This document shows positions 22,684 through 34,292 of a stretch of 64,000 nucleotides of DNA, piece by piece. Made by a program: the position numbers and the translations under genes. The number at the start of each line of letters is the position of its first letter. The stretch's first letter is position 1. The stretch is from contig OZ024742.1 in NCBI GenBank assembly GCA_964016885.1, positions 188,976,001 through 189,040,000 on the forward strand. Direction: 5' to 3'. Below the pieces are notes generated by a model. That model worked only from the letters and a program-made list of their open reading frames with translations, did not search any database and was not told the origin of the DNA. This DNA is from Eledone cirrhosa. Taxonomy: Eukaryota.

Positions 22684-24781
22684 TTACCGTACTTTTGGTA
22701 GAGGAGGGATGGTTTTTACATCCCTTTTCACTTGATCGTCTGGTGAAGGGACCGTTGAATCGTCCCTTCGGCTGGTCGTCGGCTCTTCTAAGAGAATGTC
22801 TGAATATACTCTTCGATTGATGGTTCCTCCTAGGTCCCTGAAATCACCAACTGCGTTGGGGAATTTCGTTTTAATGTTTGTGTATTGTTTCTGTGCTATT
22901 TTTAGCAGTCTTATGTTAGTTGGCGTTTTGATTGGTGCTGGTATTATGTAGTCCTGTTGTGAAATGTCTGTGTGTTCAATTATGTAAGTCATTAGTTTCT
23001 TGTTGTGTGTGTTTATTGCCGTGCATTTGTTTTTCTGGGGGTGGGGTGTGGTTCTGCTATTTTCTTGTCGTTGTTGCTGGGTGTGTGTGTTTTGTTGTTG
23101 TGTTTGCGATGTTGGTGCTTGTGGTGGTGGTGTTGAAGGTGTTGTTGGCGGTGGGGTTGTCGCCGGTGGTGATGGTGGTGCTGGTGTGGGTGGTGATGGT
23201 GTTGGTGGTGTTGCTGCTGTGGGTCTCTTTGCAGTAGACTTTACCCTTTTCTCATTTCTTTCCTCCCTTTTCAAAGGCGACGATGCGCTGCTTCTGCGTT
23301 TGTGCCTTCTTGCGACCTTTTGCCATCCCTCTCCCACCTCACACTCCATGTCTGATTCTGTAAGGTCGGGGAGGGGTACCAGCTCCACTCTTTCACTTGT
23401 TGTTGTTGGTGATGTTTGCACTGGAGTCTCTGTTGCAGCTGCATTTGGTATTGCTGTTGTTGTTGTTAATATTTCCACTGCTGCTGCTGTCTTTGATTTC
23501 CGTGGAGTGGGTATGGGTGCCACGGACCTATCGTTCCTGGTTGCCGCTTGTCCTGTTGCTGGTAGCCGTGGAGCCGGATTCGGAAGGAGGGGGGTTTTCT
23601 CCTTTCTCAGGGTCTTCTCGTTGCAGAAGGCCCTGAGGTGAGTCTTCGATCCACAGCGAAAGCATTTCGGGCGTTTGCCCTCAACACTTATGGGCAGTTG
23701 AGTGCCGTTATCGAAGTCTATCACATCCGGGATAGCTTCGATGCACTCCTGGTTGGTTTGGATTAGCATCTCAATGGAGGAGCCGACCCAATCTTCTCTT
23801 ACTTTTTTCTGTACTTGCAGTACAGTTGTTTTGTCCTCGATTCCGACGAGGACAGACGCGGCCAGCCAAGAAGGGGTCATTCCGGGGGGGGACGTGGGTC
23901 AGTTTGACCCTCACAATTTTTTGCCCGCAGTAGGAGGGCACCAACACCATTTCCTCGCTCCTTAGGGTCACTACTGATTGGGCCTTTGCCTCCTGGGGTG
24001 TGGCAAAAAGTACGTCTACGGTGGCGTATTTTTTGCCTCGGGTGATGTGCGTTTTCCTCTGCCACACAGACCCCAAGGCTTTTTGTATTTGGGCCTCTGT
24101 GGCTCTTTCCACCCTACGGGATTTTGTACTTACTGTACGGTACGTGACCGTACAGTGCTCTTGGGTTTCGAAAAAATTTTTCGCTGCCTTGCAGATTGCT
24201 CGGTGTCCGTTCTTTGTCACCATCTTCTTCGCTTCCTCTAATTCCTCATTTGTTATGAGGATTGTTTCCAAGTTTTTCGCAATACCTGCAAATGAGATTG
24301 GTTTGTCTCTGCTGTTGTTGTTGTCGTCAGAGCTGCTGGTACTTTTGTTGTTGCTGCAGGTACTACGACTACTGCCTCCGCCGCTGTTGCTGTGGTTGTT
24401 GTTGGTGTTGCTGCTGCTAATGCTGTTGTTGTTTATGCTGCTGGTGATGCTGTTGCGGCTGCTACTGTTGTTTTCATTGTCACTGTTGCTGTTGTTATTA
24501 CGGCTGCTACTGCTATTATTCCTGACGTCAGACGAATGAACTGGGTTTTCGTATTTCCCGCACACCTGTTTCGTCGCTGTCGTCGTCGTCGTGGAAAAAC
24601 TTTGCACGCTTTGCACGAGACTTTTCTTTTCTTTCGTCACTTGCGAAAGAGAAGGGAGGGAGAGAGACACATTTAAAGAAGGGAGGGAGAGAGACAATCT
24701 TCTCTCTGCTGTAGTGATGATTGAGGAAGAAGAAGACGGAATGAGTGGGAGTGACGTATGAAATTTCTTTTTCGTAGCCAT
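22684..24781 (-). CDS. Tx1-like ORF1 (~698 aa), split by a 1-nt frameshift in a C8 run (G-run at 23884-23891)
   Basis: ORFs 23771..24781 and 22684..23880 fuse to ...THVPP-GMTPSWL if one C is removed. CFRCGSKTHLRAFC is a CX2CX4HX4C knuckle. S/N-rich and P/T-rich low-complexity tracts are present. The ORF ends 35 nt before the ORF2 ATG. Confidence 0.85.
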
Positions 24782-24995
24782 GTTGTTTTTTGTTTAAAAT
24801 GAATATTGGGTTCAAAACCCCAATAACTGGTTATTTAGCCCCGAAGGGCCAAATAACGGACAGAAAGACCCCTCTCACGAGGAGGAGGGTGTCTTTATCA
24901 ACAATTTGGTTCAAGTTTTAAACAATTTACAATTGTTTTAACGGTTAAAAATTACTATACCTTACAGAGCCGAGCCTCCGTCAACCATGGCATTC

Positions 24996-25026
<31 letters not shown>

Positions 25027-25450
25027 GAAGGGAAGAAGACGCACGAGGTGGTTGAACGTCACGAAATTGCTCCCGTAAGTTTTTTGATTTTTAACATATT
25101 TAAATCAATTGTGAAAGAACAATTCTTAGCACAAATGTTGCATAAAGGCACCGAATGAGGTCCCATAAAGTTTCGGATCCATATTATATTGTTGTATCGC
25201 TCAAATATTCAATTTTGTATTATATATTTTGTATTCAAAAAAAGAAAATGGTTATAAATGGAACAAAACACCCTCTGTCTACACTATATAGAACAGCGGC
25301 AATTTCAATTTCACCAACACCAGAAACTTGATACACTACCTATCCCATCACACTAAATATAACGGCAACTTCACCGGCATCATAATAATAATTACTATTA
25401 TTATTGTCTCAAATTTAAAAAAATGTTTAATTCAAATTTTACGGGAATAT
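25027..25450. repeat. ~350-400-bp module, copy 1 (copy 2 at ~29733-30110)
   Basis: gggaagaagacgcacgaggtg...ctcccgtaagtttt...tataaatgga...caccaacaccagaaact.gatacac is collinear in both copies, and each starts directly after an (AAT)n run. Confidence 0.85.
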
Positions 25451-25889
25451 GTCAACACAAAATATAATGAAAATATATATTAAACATACGAACACAAACT
25501 CATAGATACTATATCAGTAACCACAACACCACCGCTGCCACCTCCCCACCACATCCATCATCGCCGCCACCACTCATTCAATGCTACTGACACTATTCCC
25601 CTGTTAACTTGAGAGAGAAAAGGGAAGGTGGTGGTAGCACTAGACAAGAGAGAGGCTAGCAAAAGATATAAATAGATTGACTTGGTGACCTTGCCACGGA
25701 CAAACGTCTACATCAACAATTATGGGACTGCTGGCTCACCCCTTCCTCACCAACAATATAAAAAGCCCCGGCACCACCACCGACATAGCCAGCAGCAATA
25801 ACAGCCAACTACAACAAAAAGTATATTATATTATTGTAATGCACTGGGTGATTGCTGGCCTTGTCCCTGGAGTGGAGACAATTATTAAT

Positions 25890-28800
25890 AATTTCATTCT
25901 TAAGCCACGCAATGCTCACATTAAGGTACCACTCATGATAATAACAATTTAAAAAAAACAACAAAAAGAAAACCCCGTGACCAAGAAATACCGGGATGGG
26001 GTCGAAAAATCAGCTAATGATTCAAACCTTCCCATCACTTCGGAGCTGGAGACCTCCCATAACCGGAATACTCCTACTGTTGGCCCTCCATGCTCACCAC
26101 CAAGAAATCCAAAGAAAAAGAGAGAAAAATGGTCAAGGGAAGATAATAAAGAAGTCCTTGAGGCTTTCTACACTGCCATGTACTACCCATCAAATACATC
26201 GAATACAGAGCAAACATATATCAACTGGAAAAAGAAACATCCCGAAAACAGAGGCTATATTGACAGTAACAAACTAGCCAATATACGAAGAAATATTGTA
26301 AGAAAAAAGTTACTAACTGATATAGAAATTGATCAGATCAAGCTAGTAGCACAAAGTCAGCGAAGGGAAAATGAAGCATGTGTCAGTGAAAACGAGGTAA
26401 ACTGTAACACTTCGAATCCCAGAGTTGGGGCGGAATCACTGGCAACAGAACAAATTAAAGAAAGGAGCGAAAAAGTGGAGGGAGTGCATGCTCAGGATGA
26501 AACTCCAAATGAAAATAATGAGATCGTAAATGATAAAGAAATGAATGAGAATGAACTTGCCAACTTGAAGGATGAAATTATGATCGAATGGATGAAAATG
26601 AAAGAATCTGACATGGGGGAACGAGACACCCTCCCTAAGATCCAGAACTCCAAACAGAACCAAAAGATAATACACAAGACTAACATAATTCTCAAAAACA
26701 TTATCATCACAAACAAAATAAACATTACTGACTTAAATCATCTCTATTATGCATCGGCTAAAGTCACCACTCACTTATGTGGAGTGAAGATGAAAAAACA
26801 AAGGAATTCCCACAAGAAATCTACTTGGCAAGATAACATCAATCGCCAAATAAACCTTCTCCGATCTGACATAGAAATTTTAACAAACTATAAAGTAGGT
26901 GAACATGTTAAACAAACTAAACTTAGAAAATTAAAAAAAAAGTACAGTATAAGATCAACATGTGACATAGACATGCTGATAGAAACAATCAAGCAAAAAG
27001 TGTCGGCCAAAGCTGCTCGTATAAGGCGCTTTGAAAAACGATCTAGATTCTATAAGGACAATAATATGTTCAAAAACAACCAAAGAAACTTCTACAGAAA
27101 AATTGGTAAGTCAACAATAACTGCTAAATCAATACCACCCAAGGAGGAAGTGCAAGAATTCTGGGAAAAGATCTGGGCCGAAGAAAAAGTTCATAACATA
27201 CATGCCCCATGGATAGACAGACAAATGAAAGAAACAGCTCACCTTGAAGAACAAACATGGGAAAATATAACAGTTGAACAGCTGCGCTTGGCTCTAAGAA
27301 AAACCAGCAAATGGAAATCCCCAGGAAAAGACAAAATACAAAACTTTTGGATAAATGCCTTCACAGAGTCTCATGAGCTGTTAGCCCAACTTTACAATGA
27401 AATAGTTAAGGAGCCAGAAAAGATACCATCATGGCTAGTTAACGGCATTACATTCCTGCTACCGAAGAATGATGAGACAAACAATCCCAAAAATTACAGA
27501 CCGATAACCTGCTTGACCACAATGTATAAAATTTTAACATCAGTCCTAACTGAATACACATATGACCACCTGATAACAAATGACCTATTTCCCATTGAGC
27601 AGAAAGGGTGTAAACGAGGCTCATATGGCTGTAAGGATCAGCTTCTGGTTAACAAAATGATACTGGAAGATTGTCATAATAGACACAAAAATCTATCGAT
27701 TGCTTGGATAGATTATAAAAAAGCATTTGATAGTTTGCCACACAGTTGGATTGAAAAATGTTTAGAGATTTTCAAAATATCCCCCGTTGTCAGGAGGTTT
27801 TTGTCATTCAGTATGAGGACATGGAGAACGACACTCCTTTTGAATAGTGAAACAAAATCACTGGAAGCTGGAGAAGTTAACATTAATTGTGGAATTTTTC
27901 AGGGTGACTCTTTATCACCGCTTTTATTCTGCATCGCACTTATACCATTAAGTAAAATGCTCAATGAAACAAAACATGGATATAGAGTCTATGACAAAAC
28001 CATTAATCACCTGTTCTACATGGATGACCTGAAACTATTTGCAAAAAATGATGAACAATTGCAAGGGCTATTATCCACTGTGAAGCAGTTCAGTGATGAC
28101 ATTAAAATGGAGTTTGGACTGGATAAATGCGCCAAAGCAACGTTCACCAGAGGAAAGCTGCTGAAGAGTTCAGACATTAATCTTGATCGGGGGAACGTGA
28201 TAAGAGAGCTTGATCAAGAACAAACTTACAAATATCTAGGTGTTTGTGAAGGAGACGGAATCAAGCACTCGACAATGAGGGAAAGGATAAGGAAGGAATG
28301 TTACCGCAGAGTCAGAGCAATCTTAAGAACGGAATTGAATGCAAGGAATAGGATCGATGCCATAAACACGCTTGCCATACCAGTAGTAACCTACAGTTAC
28401 AATGTCATCAACTGGTCAAGCACAGAGATCCGTAGGCTCGATACAAAAATCCGAAAATTCTTAACCATGCACAGAATGCATCACCCTAAGGCAGACATAG
28501 ATAGAATATATCTCCCTAGGAAAGAAGGAGGACGTGGGTTAATCCAGTTAGACATTGCGTTGAAAACTGCAACAATTGGATTATCCACATATCTAAGGGA
28601 ATCACATGATTGGATGATCAAACTCGTTTTGAAACACGAAAGCACCAAAAGATCATATTCCATTACAAAAGATGCACAAAGATACAGTAATGGACTACAA
28701 ATTTCAGAAGTCCCATTTACTGCTGAAATGGAAAACACAGAAAAAGCAAAGCAGGTAAAAGTAACTGCAAAGAAAGAACTGCTACAGAAACTGGCTAAGA

Positions 28801-29733
28801 AATGGCAAGAAAAGCCTCTGTATGGAAAATACCCAGAGCGAGCTAACAATCCTGATGTTGACAAAACTTTAACCCATCAGTGGTTGGCATCCTCTGGACT
28901 GAAATCGGAGACTGAAGGACTGATTATATCCGCACAAGATCAGTGTCTGCCAACAAAAAATTACCAAGCCAACATAATAAAAAATGGGTGCAGCCCACTA
29001 TGCCGTGTATGCAAAAAACAACCAGAGACCATTGACCATATAATTTCAATGTGCAGTCCTATAGCTCCAACCGAATACCTAAACAGGCATGACAGAGCTG
29101 CACAATACATACATTGGATAATGTGTAAGCATTTTGACCTGCCCCATCAAAAGAATTGGTGGGAGCATCAACCACCTCCCATACTTGAAAAAGATCACAT
29201 CTCAATCTTGTGGAACTTTAGAATCCAAACAGACCGAAAAATAGATGCAAATAGACCTGATATAATATTGAAGGACTTTCAAAGGAGGGTATGCCTGCTA
29301 ATTGATATGTCTGTTCCAATAGACAAGAATGTATCTATAAAAACATTTGAAAAATTGAGCAAGTATAAGGACCTGGAGATAGAAATTGGAAAAATGTGGA
29401 AATTGAGAACTAAAACAATACCAGTGGTTGTAGGCGCTCTGGGAATGATACCTAAGGGGTCTAACGACTACTTATCGCAAATCCCAGGAAACCCGCGTAT
29501 AGGAGAAATACAAAAGATAGTACTAATGGGAACTGCCCATATACTAAGGAAGATCCTGTCAATATAAGTACATCACAAGTCTAAACACTAAGGATGCATG
29601 TGTGAATATGTGTGTTCTTTCTTGAACATGGCGGACCTTGTTGTCTCTTGAGGTCACTGGTTGTGACTTGGTGATAACTCGTATAAACATAAAGCAAGAT
29701 AAATGCAAATAATAATAATAATAATAATAATAA
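25890..29733 (+). mobile_element. Dong/R4-clade RLE retrotransposon A with (TAA)n tail
   Basis: Single long RT-RLE ORF, ~140-nt 3' UTR, then (AAT)n at ~29708-29733. The 5' boundary is uncertain. Confidence 0.88.
25977..29567 (+). CDS. Dong/R4 RT-RLE polyprotein (1196 aa), intact frame
   Basis: WKSPGKD, NYRPITCL, WIDYKKAFDS, GIFQGDSLSP, HLFYMDDLKLF, RIYLPRKEGGRGL, CRVC...HIISMC, RHD, ANRPDII...IDMSVP...EKLSKY. The track start is a GTG, with an in-frame ATG at 25935 blocked by TAA at 25950. Confidence 0.95.
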   Translation: MTKKYRDGVEKSANDSNLPITSELETSHNRNTPTVGPPCSPPRNPKKKREKWSREDNKEVLEAFYTAMYYPSNTSNTEQTYINWKKKHPENRGYIDSNKLANIRRNIVRKKLLTDIEIDQIKLVAQSQRRENEACVSENEVNCNTSNPRVGAESLATEQIKERSEKVEGVHAQDETPNENNEIVNDKEMNENELANLKDEIMIEWMKMKESDMGERDTLPKIQNSKQNQKIIHKTNIILKNIIITNKINITDLNHLYYASAKVTTHLCGVKMKKQRNSHKKSTWQDNINRQINLLRSDIEILTNYKVGEHVKQTKLRKLKKKYSIRSTCDIDMLIETIKQKVSAKAARIRRFEKRSRFYKDNNMFKNNQRNFYRKIGKSTITAKSIPPKEEVQEFWEKIWAEEKVHNIHAPWIDRQMKETAHLEEQTWENITVEQLRLALRKTSKWKSPGKDKIQNFWINAFTESHELLAQLYNEIVKEPEKIPSWLVNGITFLLPKNDETNNPKNYRPITCLTTMYKILTSVLTEYTYDHLITNDLFPIEQKGCKRGSYGCKDQLLVNKMILEDCHNRHKNLSIAWIDYKKAFDSLPHSWIEKCLEIFKISPVVRRFLSFSMRTWRTTLLLNSETKSLEAGEVNINCGIFQGDSLSPLLFCIALIPLSKMLNETKHGYRVYDKTINHLFYMDDLKLFAKNDEQLQGLLSTVKQFSDDIKMEFGLDKCAKATFTRGKLLKSSDINLDRGNVIRELDQEQTYKYLGVCEGDGIKHSTMRERIRKECYRRVRAILRTELNARNRIDAINTLAIPVVTYSYNVINWSSTEIRRLDTKIRKFLTMHRMHHPKADIDRIYLPRKEGGRGLIQLDIALKTATIGLSTYLRESHDWMIKLVLKHESTKRSYSITKDAQRYSNGLQISEVPFTAEMENTEKAKQVKVTAKKELLQKLAKKWQEKPLYGKYPERANNPDVDKTLTHQWLASSGLKSETEGLIISAQDQCLPTKNYQANIIKNGCSPLCRVCKKQPETIDHIISMCSPIAPTEYLNRHDRAAQYIHWIMCKHFDLPHQKNWWEHQPPPILEKDHISILWNFRIQTDRKIDANRPDIILKDFQRRVCLLIDMSVPIDKNVSIKTFEKLSKYKDLEIEIGKMWKLRTKTIPVVVGALGMIPKGSNDYLSQIPGNPRIGEIQKIVLMGTAHILRKILSI

Positions 29734-30110
29734 GGGAAGAAGACGCACGAGGTGACGGAGGTCATGAAATCGCTCCCGTAAGTTTTGAATTTTTAACATA
29801 TTTAAATCATTTGTGAAATAACAACTCTTAGTACAAATGCTACGTAAAGCACCCGGCTTGAGCCCCCAAAAATTCGGACCCAAAATATATTGGTATAAGG
29901 CTCAAATATTCAAATATTCAACTTTGTATTGTACACTGTATATCCAAAAAAAAAAATGGCTATAAATGGAAGAAGAAGAACCCCCCCCCCCTCCTCTCCT
30001 CTGGCTACACTATATAGGACAGCTAAACTCACCAACACCAGAAACTAGATACACCACCCACCCCATCATCTGTGTACACTAAACACAACAGCATTTTCAC
30101 CTTCACCGCC
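29733..30110. repeat. ~350-400-bp module, copy 2
   Basis: Collinear with 25027-25380, with substitutions and small indels. Confidence 0.85.
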
Positions 30111-30629
30111 ACCGCTCACTACGGCCATCATTACCATCACTATCCCATCACCGCCGCCACCACCACCCCTTGACTCCTTCACTGCTGCTGCCACCGCTAC
30201 AGCACCATCACTACAGTAATACGGTCGCATCACCGCCACCACTGCCTCGGTATCGACATCACCACCACCACTGTCTCAGTATCGCCAGCGCCGCCAACCT
30301 CCCACTTCTGCTGGCTGCTACTACTTCCACATTATAGAATCCCTACTACTAACAAAGAGGAAGGCATCAAAATATATAGATAGACTGAAAAGAAAAAAGA
30401 AAAAAACAAACAACAAAACCAAAGCAGCACAGCAACAACAGCAAAAAACGAGAAAAACAAACAGAGAAAAACAAAAACAAAAAAAGAAACCCCAAAAACG
30501 TAAAGAAAATAAGAATGAAGAGAGAAGCAGGCGGACGGACAGAGAAGAGGGGGGAAAAAGTAAAACTTAAAAAACAAAAACTAAGTCAGACATTCGAATA
30601 CTACATTACAATGAAACTTATGCTTATTC

Positions 30630-33600
30630 ATTTTTGGGGCCCTTTCTGCCCGTGTGTTTGTTTGTTTATGTGTGTTCGTATACAGCGTGGTGATAATTCC
30701 ACACAAGGGCCAAGTGGGATGGCGGATCCACAGATGGCTATGTAAACATACATTCGCCAATCCTCGATAAGAATGTTTAAATATCGAACATAAACAGTTC
30801 GAATAACGGTGAAATGGAGACTAGAACGTCATGTGACAGACTCTCACCCAACTGGTGCCCCCTGGCTCAGCAGCAGGAACCTGACTGTCAACCAAATACT
30901 GCTGATGTTGGAGGAAGAAGAAGAAGGAAAGGGGCCAGAACCAACTGGACGAAAGAATTGAATAGAACTGTTATGCAATGCTACCTGAAAAGTAACCCCA
31001 AGGAGAGGGGCTACAGGAGACGGATGCATAACATCTGGAACGAGATTGGTTTATTTAAATTAGATGAACAAAAATTGGCCGGGCAGGCTCGGGTAATAAG
31101 AACTAATGGGTGGATAAGCGAGCTGGAACTGGAGGAACTGAGCAGAGAGAATGGCTTGGAGATGGCGGGTGTAGTATGCCAGACAAGCGAGCCGGTGGGA
31201 AATGAAGGGGAGGAGGTCCTGAGAACGGAGGAACCACCCGAAGCAGACAATGATCTGAATACTGAGATAAATAATACCTGGAACAGAGATACGGCCACTG
31301 AGGAGATGAATGCTGACGGGCTAGGACAAGATTCGGTTGACATCCTAAATCTAGTGGTAGATGAATTGAACAATGATAGTGGGAGACCTATGAACCTAAG
31401 ATTTGTAGACAGGAAAAAGTTAAAAGAAACAACAGCTAAGGTAAACAAAGTCATCCCATACCTTGAGGCGAGGAGTCTTCACCAGTGCAACAATATCCTC
31501 AAAGCAACAGCAAATACGGTGAGGAAACTACTTGGTATAAAAGCGAGAGGAAACAACAGACAAGAAAGAGCAGAGCCGTGGTGGAAGAAGCGACTGAGTG
31601 GGCAAATCGGGGAAATGAGAAATGACATAGGAAAGCTTGAGTCACTACTGAATGGGACACTAAAAAACATAGGCACTAAAAATAGACTGGAAATAAAATA
31701 CAAAACTAGGAGTAAAAAGCTAAATATTATCATAGAGGAATTGAAGCAACGCATTGTAGCAAAGAGTGCCAAAATCAGGCGATACGAGAACAGAGTCAGT
31801 CAGTATAAACAGAACCGCATGTTCGACAACAACCAGAAGATGCTGTTTGGACAGCTTGAGGGGAAAGAAAGAGGCAACGACTTGATCCCTGGGGCGGAAC
31901 AAGCTAAAACATTCTGGAGAGGAATATGGGAGCAGGATGTTAGACACAATGCCCAGGCAGGGTGGATTGAGACAGTGCAGAGGGAGATCGGTGAGAAGGC
32001 ACAACAACAGACTGATTTGAGTATCACAGTTGAAACTCTTAAGGGGCAAGCCAAAAAACTAACCAACTGGAAATCACCAGGCCCAGATGGTGTGCAGGGG
32101 TATTGGATTAAACATTTAACATCCCTCCACCCGAAGCTGACGGCCATGTTCAATGACTGCTTGGTGTCGGGTGAGGTGCCAGAGTGGTTGACAAAAGGTA
32201 CCACAGTTCTGATAATGAAAGACCGAATCAAGGGTAATGATGCTACCAACTATAGACCTATCACATGTCTGCCCGTAATGTGGAAACTGTTGACGAGCAT
32301 TGTGTCTGAGGAAATCTACCATTACCTCCACACAAACAACTTGTTACCGGACGAACAGAAAGGATGCCGAAAGAAGTCACGTGGTACAAAGGACCAGTTG
32401 CTTATTGATAAGATGGTAATGGGGAATTGCAGGAGGAGACACACTGATCTTGCCATGGGATGGATAGACTACAGAAAGGCATTTGACATGGTGCCTCATT
32501 CCTGGATCACCAAAAGCCTGGAGGTCTTCAGGGTGGCAGATAACATCAGACAGTTGCTGGGCAGGAGTATGGGGTCCTGGGAGACAGAGTTGACATCAAC
32601 TGGAGTATCCTTGGGAAGCGTGAAGATCAAGAGAGGTATCTTCCAGGGAGATAGCCTGTCCCCTCTGTTGTTTGTCCTTGCCCTGATGCCCTTGACCATT
32701 ATGCTGCGAAAAGTGAGAGCAGGATACAAGTTGGGAAGGGGAGAGCTTACCATCAATCACCTCCTCTTCATGGACGATCTTAAGCTCTTCGGGAAAAGTG
32801 AGAAGGAGTTGGATGTGCTTGTTGACACTGTCCGTATTTTCAGCAGTGATATATGTATGCAGTTTGGTATTGGTAAATGTGGAGTCATTGTGATGAAGAG
32901 GGGTAGGTTGAGCAGAAGTAACGGGATCCAGATACCAACAGGTGAGATGATAAAGGAAATTGACTCTGAGGAAGGATACAAGTATTTGGGCGTTCTGGAG
33001 GCTGATGGCATAAAGAACAAAAAAATGAAGGAATTGTTAAGAACTGAATACATTCGGAGAGTAAGGAGCGTATTGAAGTCACATCTGAACAGCAGAAATG
33101 CCATAAGCGCAGTAAATTCCCGAGCTGTGTCTATTATTAGGTACAGTGCGGGAATTCTGAGATGGAATGTTGCTGAACAAAAAGAAATGGATAGGAAGAC
33201 TAGGAAGCTATTGACTATCTACAACATGTTCCACAAGAGGAGTGATGTCGATAGACTCTACCTAAGGAGATCTGAGGGTGGAAGAGGTCTTATCAGCATA
33301 GAGGACTGTGTTCAGATGGAGAAAAACAACCTATACAAATACGTGACCTATAGTAAGGAGCCAATGCTCAGAACTGTACTGAAGGAGGGGACAGTAGGCC
33401 AGGGGATGTCCAAGGAGGAAATAACATCAAGGAGGAAGAGCAGCCTTAAGGGAAAATCCCTTCATAGTACCTTCTTTGAGAAAACTGAATTTAGAGATCC
33501 ACAGACATGGAACTGGTTGAGAAGAGGAGACCTCAAAAAGGCTACAGAAGGAATGCTAATGGCTGCGCAGGAGCAGGCCCTCAAAACGAAGTGGTTGAAG

Positions 33601-34292
33601 CACCATATCTACAAGGAGGAGGCCAGCCCACTGTGCAGGATCTGTGGAGAGAGAGAGGAGACTGTGGCTCACATTGTGTCCGAGTGTAAACACCTAGCCC
33701 AGACCCACTATAAGGGCTGGAGACACGATGTGATGGGCAGGGTGATCCACTGGCACCTGTGCAAAGTAAACAATCTACCACATTCTGAGAAATGGTATGA
33801 GCATAGGCCAGAGGCGGTGATGGAGAACAGTCAGGTGAAGGTGCTGTGGGATTTTAGGATACAGACGGACAAAAAACTGGAACACAATAGACCTGACCTG
33901 GTGGTTATGGACAAAGAAAAAAGATCGTGCCTGATTGTGGATGTGGCCTGCCCGTTCGACACGAGAGTGCAAGAGAAGGAGGGGGAGAAAATTAACCGAT
34001 ACCAGGACCTAAAGTGGGAGGTGAAAAGGATTTGGAACTGCCATGAAGTCAAAGTGATCCCGATTGTCATAGGCGCACTGGGGACTATCTCCAAAGGTTT
34101 CCAGGGATGGTTAAAGAAAATCGGCCCCTTCACGCTTTTTGGAACGCTTCAAAAGGCATGCTTGCTTGGAACAGCAAGAACCCTCCGATACGTCCTGAAT
34201 ATCTGAGGCTGCAGGTAGTGGCTTGATATTCAATCCAACGGACTTTCCAGTTAACCAACATCAATGACTGAGATTCAAGGAATAACAATAAC

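Larger units (their letters stand above)
18967..24996 (-). mobile_element. Full-length Tx1/L1-clade non-LTR retrotransposon inserted in (AAT)n
   Basis: ORF1 (zinc knuckle) plus ORF2 (APE-RT-CCHC). The 3' end reads AATAAAgaaatc(ATT)n on the element strand. (AAT)n lies on both sides (18917-18966, 24996-25026). Confidence 0.92.

Noticed and set aside
19556-24676. Many plus-strand ORFs overlapping the Tx1 element (and antisense ORFs over the Dong elements)
   Set aside because: Shadow ORFs of GC-richer coding DNA with no independent motifs.
30632-30770. HDV-like ribozyme at the 5' end of Dong B
   Set aside because: GGCCCTT/AAGGGCC and gtgggat/atccac pairings exist, but canonical L3, P1.1 and P2 could not be built.
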